From: an uncultured Verrucomicrobiae bacterium
GTDB taxonomy: Bacteria > Verrucomicrobiota > Verrucomicrobiia > Limisphaerales > Palsa-1400
DNA length: 64,000 bases
Assembly: GCA_963702845.1 (NCBI GenBank)
Contig: OY969763.1
Coordinates: 3,392,001 to 3,456,000, forward strand
Reading direction: 5' to 3'
Program-made: the position numbers and the translations under genes
Shown: one piece after another, positions 30,049-39,900 of the stretch
How the letters are laid out: each line of letters starts with the position of its first letter
Position numbering within the stretch: the first letter of the stretch is position 1
Notes under the pieces: model-generated
The model's input: only the letters and a program-made list of their open reading frames with translations
The model's database searches: none
What the model was told of the DNA's origin: nothing

Positions 30049-31773
30049 TTAGTACCGCATCTTTTCATCGTGCGGCGTTCCGTGACACGTCAACGTGCAC
30101 GACCGACTCCCAACTCCGCCGTCATTAAACGAAATGACACCTTTGTTCGGAGTCACGTAAAGCTTGTTGAAATTAATCAGTGCTCGCGATGTCGCGACGC
30201 CATGCGAATCGTGGCAGGTCGTGCAGGCGGTCTGTTTATCAACGATGTGCTTGCGATGAGACTTAAAGCTATCCGGCTGATCACTCAGAATGGCCGTGCG
30301 GCTATGGCACTTGTAGCACAGCGCATAACTCGCCGGGCTTTCCGGACCGTTGTCGGTCGTGACAAGTTGCCGCTCCAATAACGGCGCATATCTCGATCCA
30401 TGCGGTCCATCCGGCCCGCCCCCACCGGCGCGTGGTCCCGAGTCATTGTTGTGACAATCCGTGCAATAAATAATGCTCGTCGTCTTCAACGGCGAAATCA
30501 GGCTCGGCACATTGGGATTGCGTCCTGCCGCCGCCACCGGATGAAAACTCTCGTTGGATGGTTGGAAATTTAGCCGTTTGTTCGTCTCATTGTACTGCCG
30601 CGGCATAACCGATCCGCCTTTCTGCACACTGTCACCATGGCAGCGGATACAAAGCTCATATTCCATTTCGATGTGCTTCGTGATTCCACCCGCCGCCGTC
30701 ACACCGGGCACCCCGTTCAATCCGCCCGCTGCATACGGCGCAACAGCTTTCGTCGTCGTCGCCGCGTGCGAGTTATGACAATCCGCGCACACGACGTGCC
30801 GCATCTTTGGATTGACCAAATCCTCAGTCTTATCATGGGCCTTGCCGTTGAATCCGCTGTAGTGCGCGCTCGTCTTTCGGAGTTCCGTCGCGATGTTGTA
30901 TTTCGAAACATTCCCGTCGTGACAGCTCAAGCAGTTGTCCTCCGGCGCATCGAATTTCATCAGGTTTTTCTTCCCGCCCGCGCGATGATTTGAATGGCAA
31001 CTCGCGCAACCCATCGCCGAAACGGTGGTCGTTTTTGGCATCGTTTTCACCCGCGCGCTCACCGCGATCTTCGTCGTTGCCAGTTGCGGCGAAGGTGTCG
31101 GTGCCATCGCATGCACCGAATCCGGCCACGTCGATGGCGAGTGGCACGACAGACAAATCGCCGATGCCGTGTTGTCCATCGCGAGAAAATTACCAAACTG
31201 ATTGTCATGCGGATCATGACACGACGTACACTGCATCCGCCCGTTACCATCCAGCCGCACCTTGCCGCCTTTCAAAGTCGCGGGATCTTTCAACGTCGGA
31301 TCCTTCACCATCAAATCATGGTCGTAAACGAACGAAATCGGATGATCCCCGGACAAATCGGTCCCGAGATTCGCATGCCCGACTGGCATCGTCGTTACAC
31401 CATTCTGCATCGCAATTGGATTCACCCGGCTGCTCACACTGCCGAGTGCAACCGTGCCGTCGTGACAGCTCAAGCAAAGCCGCGACGCTCCGTTCGGTTG
31501 TGGAATTGTCAAACCGATCGCATCGAGCGTCGGACTGCTATAAACGATGTAATTCGTCATGCCAGACGAATTGTGGTTCCACAGCGGCGATGCTCCCTGC
31601 GCGCGATGCGACGTGTGACAGAAAATGCACACATCCAATTCAATCGTCGCCTTGTTCGTCCCCGGCCCACTCGCAGAAAGATTGTGTACCGAATGCACAA
31701 CCGATTCAGCGCGACTCGCCATCGCAACCACCAGCGCAATCCAGCAAGCAATAATTTGGCGTTTCGTAATCAT
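30049..31773 (-). CDS. Dodecaheme cytochrome c with N-terminal OmcE-like tetraheme module
   Basis: Signal peptide; 11 CxxCH plus CTLTCH; first ~210 aa share HNLS/CIFCH..H/PLWNH/CLSCHDG/TDLS.DHP with the 37492..38283 product. Confidence 0.88.
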   Translation of the reverse strand: MITKRQIIACWIALVVAMASRAESVVHSVHNLSASGPGTNKATIELDVCIFCHTSHRAQGASPLWNHNSSGMTNYIVYSSPTLDAIGLTIPQPNGASRLCLSCHDGTVALGSVSSRVNPIAMQNGVTTMPVGHANLGTDLSGDHPISFVYDHDLMVKDPTLKDPATLKGGKVRLDGNGRMQCTSCHDPHDNQFGNFLAMDNTASAICLSCHSPSTWPDSVHAMAPTPSPQLATTKIAVSARVKTMPKTTTVSAMGCASCHSNHRAGGKKNLMKFDAPEDNCLSCHDGNVSKYNIATELRKTSAHYSGFNGKAHDKTEDLVNPKMRHVVCADCHNSHAATTTKAVAPYAAGGLNGVPGVTAAGGITKHIEMEYELCIRCHGDSVQKGGSVMPRQYNETNKRLNFQPSNESFHPVAAAGRNPNVPSLISPLKTTSIIYCTDCHNNDSGPRAGGGGPDGPHGSRYAPLLERQLVTTDNGPESPASYALCYKCHSRTAILSDQPDSFKSHRKHIVDKQTACTTCHDSHGVATSRALINFNKLYVTPNKGVISFNDGGVGSRSCTLTCHGTPHDEKMRY

Positions 31774-31776
31774 GGA

Positions 31777-32805
31777 CTATGGCGCTCCGATGTATTTGAA
31801 AACTTGAACGCAATGGTTGTAACCGTCGGCTACATAAATTTCGTTCTTGCGCGATATGGCAATCCCACCCGGCATACTGAACTCACCCGGCCCATCGCCA
31901 CGCTCACCGAGGCTCAATAACAACCGCCCTCCCGAATCAAACACCTGGAAATTCGCAAACACCGCGTCGGCCACGTAAATATGACCGAATGAATCCGACG
32001 CAATTCCTTTTGGCCGGCTGAAGTGCCCTGACGTGTCGCCATTGCTCCCGAACATCGAAACAAAATTCCCGCTCAGTTCAAAAACCTGCACCCGGCAATT
32101 TAGAGAATCAGTCACCAGCCAATGCCCCCGCCCGTCATTGGCAATGTGTGTGGGAAAGTTAAACTCGCCCTGCCCTGTGCCCCGCTTGCCGAACTGAAAC
32201 TGCAGCTTGCCTTTCAGATCAAAAACAAAAACCGCATGCGCCTGGGAATCGGCCACTGCAAGCGTGTCACCTGCAACTGCAACACCGGACGGCCGCAACA
32301 ACGGTTCGGAAATGGTCCAGATCGATTTGCCGTTTTCCTTAAACGCGATCACTCGCGCCAACTCAGAATCCGCTACATAAAAAATCCCCTTCTCACGCGC
32401 GACGGCGACGGGCGACGCAAAACGAACCTTGTCCACCGCCTCATAATTGCGCCACTGCTTCTTGTTCAGATCCACATACGAAATCCGCTTCGCGCCCGTA
32501 TCGGTAATGCACAAATTGCCAACGTCATCGATGCAAACGCCAAACGGCTTCTGCAACGCCATTTCCTCATTTTCGTCGCCGGTGATCCAACGTCCAAACC
32601 TGGCGAAAGCCGACACCCGCTGACCGATATCGCGTGGATGATTCAAGTTCCGCACGTATTCAATTCGCGCATCGTCCGGTGGGGACGGCCACACGCGCCG
32701 TTTCACCACCACCGCAGGTTTCTCCCGCGCACTGGAAAAACTGCATATTCCCAGTACGACCAAAACGACAATAGCAAGCAGGCTGTAATGAACTCTTTTC
32801 AACAT
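31777..32805 (-). CDS. NHL-repeat six-bladed beta-propeller
   Basis: WPSPPDDARIEY start; P.GVAV...IYVAD repeats; GEFNFPTHI, GHFSRPKGIA. Confidence 0.9.
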   Translation of the reverse strand: MLKRVHYSLLAIVVLVVLGICSFSSAREKPAVVVKRRVWPSPPDDARIEYVRNLNHPRDIGQRVSAFARFGRWITGDENEEMALQKPFGVCIDDVGNLCITDTGAKRISYVDLNKKQWRNYEAVDKVRFASPVAVAREKGIFYVADSELARVIAFKENGKSIWTISEPLLRPSGVAVAGDTLAVADSQAHAVFVFDLKGKLQFQFGKRGTGQGEFNFPTHIANDGRGHWLVTDSLNCRVQVFELSGNFVSMFGSNGDTSGHFSRPKGIASDSFGHIYVADAVFANFQVFDSGGRLLLSLGERGDGPGEFSMPGGIAISRKNEIYVADGYNHCVQVFKYIGAP

Positions 32806-34839
32806 TTAGAAAGTCCTCCTCAGTTTGAAGAACACGTAATCGCGCACCTTCGTCTCGCGCAGGTAATCGACATTATCGTGCTCGTAACCCATGTTCATTT
32901 GGATCCTGCCCACCATCCAATTCAGATACGAGCGCGCGGCGAACAAGTTCTCGTTGATATTCAAACCGGTTTGATATTGGTAACCAATTTCATTTTTCCA
33001 ACTCAACCTCGGCAGCGGCCGCCAGTCATGACTGAGCATGAAATTGTAAAACGTGGAATGTTGCTTCAATTGCGTCTGAGCCGGCCCGCTCGCGCTGATA
33101 TCATCCGACCATTGTTGGTTGAAATTAATTTCGAGTGTCGAGTTGTCCGTCATATCCATCGAATAGCTCTCCGACAAATTGAAGCTCTTCAGGGTGAAAA
33201 ACGTCGAGTGCTGATCGGTGTAATCCGCAGTCAACACCAGCCTTTTCCACGTGAAATTAGCGCCCGCCTCAAACACATCTTCGTTATCGACAATGACGTC
33301 AGGCGACGACGCGTGATTATCCGTGAAACTGTATCGCGCATAGATCGACGCCATCTCGTTCCAAAAACTCAATCGTAATTGCACCGCATCACTGAAACTC
33401 GTCGAACTCGCCGTCGGATTGATTTGCACCGTGTAAGTCACCTGGATCACCGCGCCGGGTTGAATGTGGCTCGGACCAAACGGATTGATCTGAATCTGCC
33501 ACGGCTCGGAATGAATGACCGTGTAATCCGTCGTGTCAAGCGGCACAGTATTCGAGTCAACGATACTCACGAGCGTCAGCGCGCGCACATGACTCAAACG
33601 CACGATGGTGTTTGCCGGCACAACGTGCGATTCATTCGCAATTAGCAGAATCCCTCCGCTGGTGCTTTGATGATTCAAATTAAAACTCGCGCTATCACTC
33701 AAGGACAGCCGCCCCCAAGAGCCAAGCCGCTTGCTGTAGTCTTCAGTGATGGTGGTGCCTGCTGAAGTGGACTCCGTTGAGTCTGTGCTCGACCCGTTGT
33801 TCGCCCAACTCCCATGCACATCGATCGAGGAGGCAAGGCTTTCGTAGAGTTGATGCCTCAAACCAGCGCTCGCATATCCATACGTCGAATCAAATCCGTC
33901 GCCCGCGTATTGCGAATACGACCCCTGGTAATAGTTGTGCAATCGCTCAGTTAGATCCAAATCATAGTTCACCGCGCCGGTAAAATCATTCACCGACGAC
34001 AGATCGGACTCACGATTCGCTAACCGCAGCGTCGATTTCAAAATGCTTCGCTCAAAATGTTCTGTGTCCTGCACATCCACACGATTGATCGAGCTATCAT
34101 TCGAAATAGTCCTTCCCGTTCCGGTTGCATTCCCGGTCTGAACCGTGCGGTCAAACTCCGTATACTGGTAAGTGAAAAAAGTTGTGTTGTGATTCTGACG
34201 CTCGTTTTGCGCGGAAAGGTCCAGGTCTCGTTGCGTGGTAAGTGCCCTTTGAAACAACTCATCAGCATCCTCATGTGACTCGTTAAACGACAACTGCACT
34301 GGAATTCCTCCTTGCCGATATCCTGTGACAATCCCCCACGTCTCCGAATCAACCGAGGCCATGTTGAAGAACCCATACTGCACCTCATCATGGCCGCGAT
34401 CGAACGTAAACGTCGTTGCATACGGCTTGGCCGAAAGAAACTGGGCGTTAACTTTGCCGTTCACCGTGAACTCGTTGTTATCATTCGGCGCTCCATTCAC
34501 GGACGTGCGCCGCCAGGTGTAGCCGGGCTCAAACAGCGCCGAGTAGGTCAACAAATACGGGTGGTAGATGTAATTGTCCCAACCCACGGCAACTCTTGGC
34601 GAAATGTAATACCGCGTGACCTCCTGGTGGCCGCCGAACTGCGAGTCAAATGTGTCCCGCTGCGCATCCGTGTCCACGAGCATGTATTTGAATTTCGGAA
34701 TCCACCGTGAGTTCGCCTGTTCTTCTTCCCCGATCCAATCGCGATACTCCGCGCGCGCGCCAATCACAGTCACGAACATCCACAACACCATCACAACCTG
34801 TGCGATGGTCGCTGTTATTTTGGATGGTCTTAGGTTCAT
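32806..34839 (-). CDS. Outer-membrane beta-barrel protein (putative porin of a porin-cytochrome conduit)
   Basis: Signal peptide; alternating amphipathic strands rich in Y/F/S/T/N; C-terminal VFFKLRRTF ending in Phe; lies between multiheme cytochrome genes. Confidence 0.75.
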   Translation of the reverse strand: MNLRPSKITATIAQVVMVLWMFVTVIGARAEYRDWIGEEEQANSRWIPKFKYMLVDTDAQRDTFDSQFGGHQEVTRYYISPRVAVGWDNYIYHPYLLTYSALFEPGYTWRRTSVNGAPNDNNEFTVNGKVNAQFLSAKPYATTFTFDRGHDEVQYGFFNMASVDSETWGIVTGYRQGGIPVQLSFNESHEDADELFQRALTTQRDLDLSAQNERQNHNTTFFTYQYTEFDRTVQTGNATGTGRTISNDSSINRVDVQDTEHFERSILKSTLRLANRESDLSSVNDFTGAVNYDLDLTERLHNYYQGSYSQYAGDGFDSTYGYASAGLRHQLYESLASSIDVHGSWANNGSSTDSTESTSAGTTITEDYSKRLGSWGRLSLSDSASFNLNHQSTSGGILLIANESHVVPANTIVRLSHVRALTLVSIVDSNTVPLDTTDYTVIHSEPWQIQINPFGPSHIQPGAVIQVTYTVQINPTASSTSFSDAVQLRLSFWNEMASIYARYSFTDNHASSPDVIVDNEDVFEAGANFTWKRLVLTADYTDQHSTFFTLKSFNLSESYSMDMTDNSTLEINFNQQWSDDISASGPAQTQLKQHSTFYNFMLSHDWRPLPRLSWKNEIGYQYQTGLNINENLFAARSYLNWMVGRIQMNMGYEHDNVDYLRETKVRDYVFFKLRRTF

Positions 34840-36029
34840 TGTGATTTAGGCAATGCCGTCAGAGCCTTCGACACGGGTTTGAGCAAATGCTTTTGCTCGC
34901 TGAAATGTGGGTTGTGACATTCGACGCACGATTTGCCTTCCGACCCTGCGTGCCCGGCCAACGCCGCCATGTCCTTCTGCTCGTGGCAATCCATACAAAT
35001 CGTCGACCCGGGCTTCGCGAGCATGAACCGCTCATTCGAAGCGTGCGGCGTATGGCACATCATGCATTCGCCGTTTTGAATCGGCGCGTGGACCGACTTG
35101 GCGACCTGAAGCTGACTCTGAAAATCATCGTGACATTGGTAACAGGTGTCGCCCCCTTTGTGCTTGAGAAGTTTTTCATTTTGCGTGGAGTGCGGATTGT
35201 GGCACACGGTGCAGTCGCCCGATTCGACCGGCGCGTGCACAAACTTGGCCGTCTTCGCGAAATCATCGTGACATTTGTAACAGAGTTCTTTGCCGGCGAA
35301 CTTCGTCAGGAACTTGTTCGGCCCGCCGTGCGGCAGATGACATTCCAGGCAACCGTTCATCTCCAGCGCGGCGTGCTTCACCGGCTCTTGCCCGATCTGC
35401 TCATGACATTTCAAACAAAGGGCGTTGCCCGTCCTCAGCAACAACTTCTTATTCGGAGATCTATGTGGATCGTGACACTTCGTGCACTGCCCCATTTCCA
35501 CTGGCTTATGCTTCACCGCAACCGGCATTGCGAAATTCTTCTTGTGACACTGCATGCAAAGCTCCAGTTGCGGCATTTTCAGAACCGGATTCAGGGCCGA
35601 CCCGCCATGGCATTGCCCACACTCCTGTTTTTCGAAGGGCGGATGGAAAACAAAGTTCGATGTCGTGTTCTGAGAAAAACGAAATGCCGAAAGCACCGAA
35701 GGCCTCTTTCTCGTTGAATCTCTCCTGGGACCAGTTTTGGTTACCTTGTTTGTGACACCCTCATCAGGAACTCCATCGAACAGAAACTTCAGGATTTTGT
35801 GCTTTTTCGATTCAGCCTTGGTCGGCGTTGCATTCGTGGATTGAACTGCCGCGGGCACGGCGTTTGTGGATTGAGCCTTGGACACGTCTGGTTTCGCCGT
35901 TTCAACCGCCTTGCTCGCGATCACACCACCGCAAAGAACGGCCGCCACAGCCACGACAACCAACAGGCTTCTACTGAGGGGATTCACTCTCTCACTCACT
36001 GGCGGATGTTCTTTGGGAGCGACGTTCAC
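34836..36029 (-). CDS. 11-heme cytochrome c (paired-CxxCH repeats), putative periplasmic/porin-threading conduit
   Basis: 11 CxxCH in regular H.PV..G.C..CH.PH.....LL......C..CH repeats; overlaps the porin start. Confidence 0.9.
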   Translation of the reverse strand: MNVAPKEHPPVSERVNPLSRSLLVVVAVAAVLCGGVIASKAVETAKPDVSKAQSTNAVPAAVQSTNATPTKAESKKHKILKFLFDGVPDEGVTNKVTKTGPRRDSTRKRPSVLSAFRFSQNTTSNFVFHPPFEKQECGQCHGGSALNPVLKMPQLELCMQCHKKNFAMPVAVKHKPVEMGQCTKCHDPHRSPNKKLLLRTGNALCLKCHEQIGQEPVKHAALEMNGCLECHLPHGGPNKFLTKFAGKELCYKCHDDFAKTAKFVHAPVESGDCTVCHNPHSTQNEKLLKHKGGDTCYQCHDDFQSQLQVAKSVHAPIQNGECMMCHTPHASNERFMLAKPGSTICMDCHEQKDMAALAGHAGSEGKSCVECHNPHFSEQKHLLKPVSKALTALPKSQ

Positions 36030-37163
36030 TTCTTGTGACCGAAGCCGTACACGGCAACCTTGTGCGGTCCCAGTTGGTTGATGACGATCACCAGGTGCTC
36101 AACAACGAAATTTGGCGAAGTGTACTTTTTGAAATACTCAACGTCCTCGTAATCGACGGCGACTTTCGTCGGCAGGATTTGGATGCGCGGTCCTTCACCT
36201 GGATCACCAAAGAACGTCAGCAGCTTTCCTTCATCGTTAAAAATCTGGATGACCTGTGACATCGCGTCCGCCGCATAAATCTGGTGCGCGCGATCGACCG
36301 CGATTCCTTTCAGGCGAGCGAACATGCCGAGCCCATCACCCATTTCGCCAACCGTCCGAATATGCTTCCCGTCCGGCTGATAAATTTGAACGTGTCCAGC
36401 GCCCGTATCGCTGACATACAGTCGGCCCTGATCGTCTATCGCGAGATTGCCAGGTGTAAACAAGCCCGTGATCTCGTTCGTTGCAGCCGCTCCGTTAACG
36501 AGGTTCGTCACGTAATTGCGCGACGCCTTCTCATAAATACGAACGTTGTGCGATTGCACGTCCGCCACATAAATCCGATCAGCGCCAATCGCGACATCGC
36601 GCGGTTTCATCTCACCCGTCTTGCCGATGGTGCCGGCGTAAGCGCCCTGTTTATCAAAAACAACAACCTGCTCGCGCGTGCTGTCAGCGACGTAAGCCGT
36701 GCCATCGGTTTTATCGATTGCGATGTTCAACGGCGTTCGCAACGCACCTTCGCCTGTCGCCTCAAGCATCCCGATCTTCTGCTCCTTCAGGTCCACCACC
36801 AACACCGTGCCCAGCGCCGTGTCGCAAACGAAAATCTTATGGTCGTACGTCAGTCACTCCATAGGGCTTGCTTATTTCCTTCGTGGCCTCCTGCTGGCCA
36901 GTAATGAACGATTTGAAACTGTGGCTCTTTTTTTGGCGAAATGATTTCTCCGAAGCAAACCCTGTCAGATACTGCAAACGCGGCGCATCCGGCGGCGCCG
37001 GATAGAAAATATCTGTGCGCTGGTTCGCCGGGGGTTTTTCAGCTCCCTTCTTCTCGCTCTTGCCGAGCGCTGAAGCAGCACCACTGGTCAAAAAGCCAGT
37101 GATCATCGTTGCGAACACGACTCCCAGAACTGTTTGTTGAAACGTGTGTTGGAGGTTCTTCAT
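36026..37163 (-). CDS. NHL-repeat beta-propeller, one frameshift near 36852
   Basis: ORF 36837..37298 (FYPAPPDAPRLQYL..KPYGV) joins ORF 36026..36805 after removing one base (VTTYDHKIFVCDT). Confidence 0.85.
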
Positions 37164-37425
37164 ATGTGCAATTTTCCTATGCCTCCAAGTGTAGAAACCG
37201 GTGAAAAACTGCACTAACCGTATCTTGCTATTGTCCCCGCCTAAATTGGTTAGCCCTCTCGATAAGAAGGCCAGAATGGATATGTGATAGATTGACATCG
37301 TTGCAACTAAATATGTTCAGTCTTTTCGGAGCCTGCCTTTTATGCGGCTCAACATTTACGCCGCCCCGAACTTCTGGACCCAATTAACACCGTTAGGCTC
37401 GTCATGACCGCCGCCTCCCAAGTAC

Positions 37426-37459
37426 AAAAAACAGGGCCACATGTTTCCATGTGACCCTG
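37426..37459 (-). terminator. Rho-independent terminator after the OmcE-like gene
   Basis: Minus strand CAGGGTCACATG-GAAA-CATGTGGCCCTG-TTTTTT. Confidence 0.85.
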
Positions 37460-37491
37460 ATGAAACGCAGCGTTAAGCTGCATGCAGTTGA

Positions 37492-38283
37492 TTACTTATC
37501 GTGGCACGTCAAACACAGCTGGCCACCTTGAAGGGGAACCATCAGCGCATGGTCGTATTGAATTGTGCCGGAAGAACCGATCGTTTCATGAATGTCATGG
37601 CACGAGGCGCATTCCATCGTACGGGTACCAGCGGGTCCCTTAATCATGTGCGAGATCATCGTTCCATTAACGACAGGTTTCAGCTGAGGATCCGCTGCCA
37701 CTGCCTGGTCGTAATTGACGCCGAGCGGGTGCATGTGGGTCAGGTCTGTGCTGCCACCAACCGTCTCAACAGCAAAACTTGGAGCAAAGACGTTCGTCGT
37801 CACTGTTCCGTCACCGTTGAATGTGGTTTTGCCATAAGCCTGGTTGATACCGATTGAGCCGTCATGGCAGCTCAAGCAGGCAGCCGACGATCCCAACGAA
37901 GTGATCGCACCGAGACCAAGCGCGTTAAACGTGGCCGATCCGCCTTGATCATACGTCATATAACGGGTGGTCGCGTTGCTCGCCGCATTGTGGTTCCACA
38001 ACGGCGCATTCACAGCGCTGTAAGACGGGGCTTTGTGCGGAATGTGGCATACCTGGCAGGGATTTTCATAATACGCGGCTGCATTGACGCTGCCGTTTGC
38101 ATTGGTCTTAACTCCACCACCCCATGCAAACTTGGCGGCTTGTACCTGGCTGAGCGCACCAGCTCCTCCTGTGGAACTGAAGTCGTGCACGCTACCTATG
38201 ATAGTCGCACTTACAGTCGTCGCCGATAAGGCAACTACTGCTCCCAGGGCTAAGCCTGCGAGGATTGTTTTTGGTGTTGTCAT
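37492..38283 (-). CDS. Secreted OmcE-like tetraheme cytochrome c (candidate nanowire subunit)
   Basis: Signal peptide; IIGSVHDFS, CQVCHIPH, PLWNH, CLSCHDG, TDLTHMHP, MECASCHDIH, QLCLTCHDK at the extreme C-terminus. Confidence 0.8.
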   Translation of the reverse strand: MTTPKTILAGLALGAVVALSATTVSATIIGSVHDFSSTGGAGALSQVQAAKFAWGGGVKTNANGSVNAAAYYENPCQVCHIPHKAPSYSAVNAPLWNHNAASNATTRYMTYDQGGSATFNALGLGAITSLGSSAACLSCHDGSIGINQAYGKTTFNGDGTVTTNVFAPSFAVETVGGSTDLTHMHPLGVNYDQAVAADPQLKPVVNGTMISHMIKGPAGTRTMECASCHDIHETIGSSGTIQYDHALMVPLQGGQLCLTCHDK

Positions 38284-38428
38284 ACTTAGGTTCGCTTTCT
38301 ACTAGCTAGTTGTTCGATTTCGATGTCGTTTTGGAGATGCATCGTGTGATGCACCCACTTCTGGACTCGATTCGTCGTTCTAGCGCTAGACCGCGGATCG
38401 TTTCCAAAATTGTTTTGTTGTTTGTTTT

Positions 38429-39550
38429 TCATGCTGCGCATGGAACTGCTCCGTACACCGGAACAGCCCGTTCTGATTGCCTGGGCGCTTTCACTGGCTT
38501 GCCCACCGGTCCAGTCAATTTCTCCATCAATTCAATCGTGTGCTGCTCGACGATCGCACGGCACGTCTCGATCTCCTGCTGGCGCAGACGAACGTTCTCC
38601 TTCACGATTTGTTCCAGATCATCGATGTCGTAGAGGAACACGTTCTCGAGTTCCTGCACGTTGGGATCGATGTCGCGCGGCACGGCGATGTCGATTAAAA
38701 CCAGAGGACGATTGCGTCGCGTTTGCATGACTGCGGCGACATCATCGCGGTCGAGCACCGTCTCAGGGCACCCGGTCGAACTGACGACAATGTCGGCATT
38801 GCGCATCTCAGCGATGCCATCGTCCATGAAATTCACTGCGCGCGCGCCGAACTCGTCGGCCAACTTTTGTGCGCGTTCCATCGAGCGGTTTGCCACGATG
38901 ACCGATTTGATGCCCTTCTTGGCCAGATGCCGCACACACGCTTCTCCCATTTTACCTGCGCCAACGATCATCACCGTTTTATCGGCCAGCGCGGTTCCGA
39001 AAATCTTTTCAGCAAGTTGAAGCGCGACACTACCGACTGACGTAGCGCCGCGCTGAATTTGGGTTTTGCTCCGGATCGCTTTGGCGGTCTGCAGGGCCTT
39101 TTGAAACATCCGGTTGGTAACAGAGCCCGTCAGTTTAACTTGATACGCTTTTTCGTAAGCACCTTTGACCTGACCGGCGATTTCCGTTTCGCCAAGAACC
39201 ATCGAGTCGAGTCCGCTCACCACAGAAAATAAATGCCGCGCCGCGCCGTCGTTCTCGTGCGCATATATATAGGGCGTCACATCAAAGCCGCCGCGCGCCA
39301 CCGAATTCAGAACGGTTTCAGCCGTGCCACGATCCGGCGCAACGCCATAAATTTCCACGCGATTGCAAGTGGACAAAACGACCACTTCGCTGAGACCCTT
39401 TTTCACCTTCAGTTGGCACCCTGTGCAGGCGAGGGCATGTTGCGAAATCGCCATCTTTTCGCGCACTTCAACTGGTGCCGTTTTGAAGCTGATACCGGCG
39501 ACAAAGGGAACGCTGGTCTGATTTGTTGTTCTAATGAAATTCATATTCAT
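38429..39550 (-). CDS. hemA: Glutamyl-tRNA reductase
   Basis: KTAPVEVRE, LSTCNRVEIY, SGLDSMVLGETEI.GQVK, GAGKMG, IDIAVPRDI. Confidence 0.95.
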   Translation of the reverse strand: MNMNFIRTTNQTSVPFVAGISFKTAPVEVREKMAISQHALACTGCQLKVKKGLSEVVVLSTCNRVEIYGVAPDRGTAETVLNSVARGGFDVTPYIYAHENDGAARHLFSVVSGLDSMVLGETEIAGQVKGAYEKAYQVKLTGSVTNRMFQKALQTAKAIRSKTQIQRGATSVGSVALQLAEKIFGTALADKTVMIVGAGKMGEACVRHLAKKGIKSVIVANRSMERAQKLADEFGARAVNFMDDGIAEMRNADIVVSSTGCPETVLDRDDVAAVMQTRRNRPLVLIDIAVPRDIDPNVQELENVFLYDIDDLEQIVKENVRLRQQEIETCRAIVEQHTIELMEKLTGPVGKPVKAPRQSERAVPVYGAVPCAA

Positions 39551-39863
39551 GAATTCGATGGGCTAATCATTGTCGTTTCGTTCAAAATTCGGCTGCACCG
39601 AAATTGCGAATTTCATGCACTCTTTTGAGTGAGTATTTGGGCTACACACGCGCGCAGTGATCGGGCGCCGGCTCACTCCACATTTATTGTCAAACATCAC
39701 ATAGAGATGCTGACCCGTACCGTAAGTTCCCTCTACACAACCATTGCCAATGCATAACCATTTTTTGCGCCCGAACCAAATCCGGTTAACTCTCAAAACG
39801 CGACCCGCCACCCTACCGGTTTAGCAAAAAATGTTAGGTGTATGACAAGTGCGGTGGAGTGCG

Positions 39864-39884
39864 AGTTGAGACTCAGTCTTAACT
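39864..39884. promoter_or_regulatory. Palindromic operator, Fur-like, in front of feoA and divergent from hemA
   Basis: AGTTGAGACT-C-AGTCTTAACT, 9/10 symmetric, 16 nt before the feoA ATG. Confidence 0.6.
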
Positions 39885-39900
39885 TGGAGCCAATAAAAGT

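Noticed and set aside
32122..33378. 418-aa plus-strand ORF (also 30994..31920 and 34887..35717)
   Set aside because: Antisense shadows of the porin, NHL and cytochrome genes
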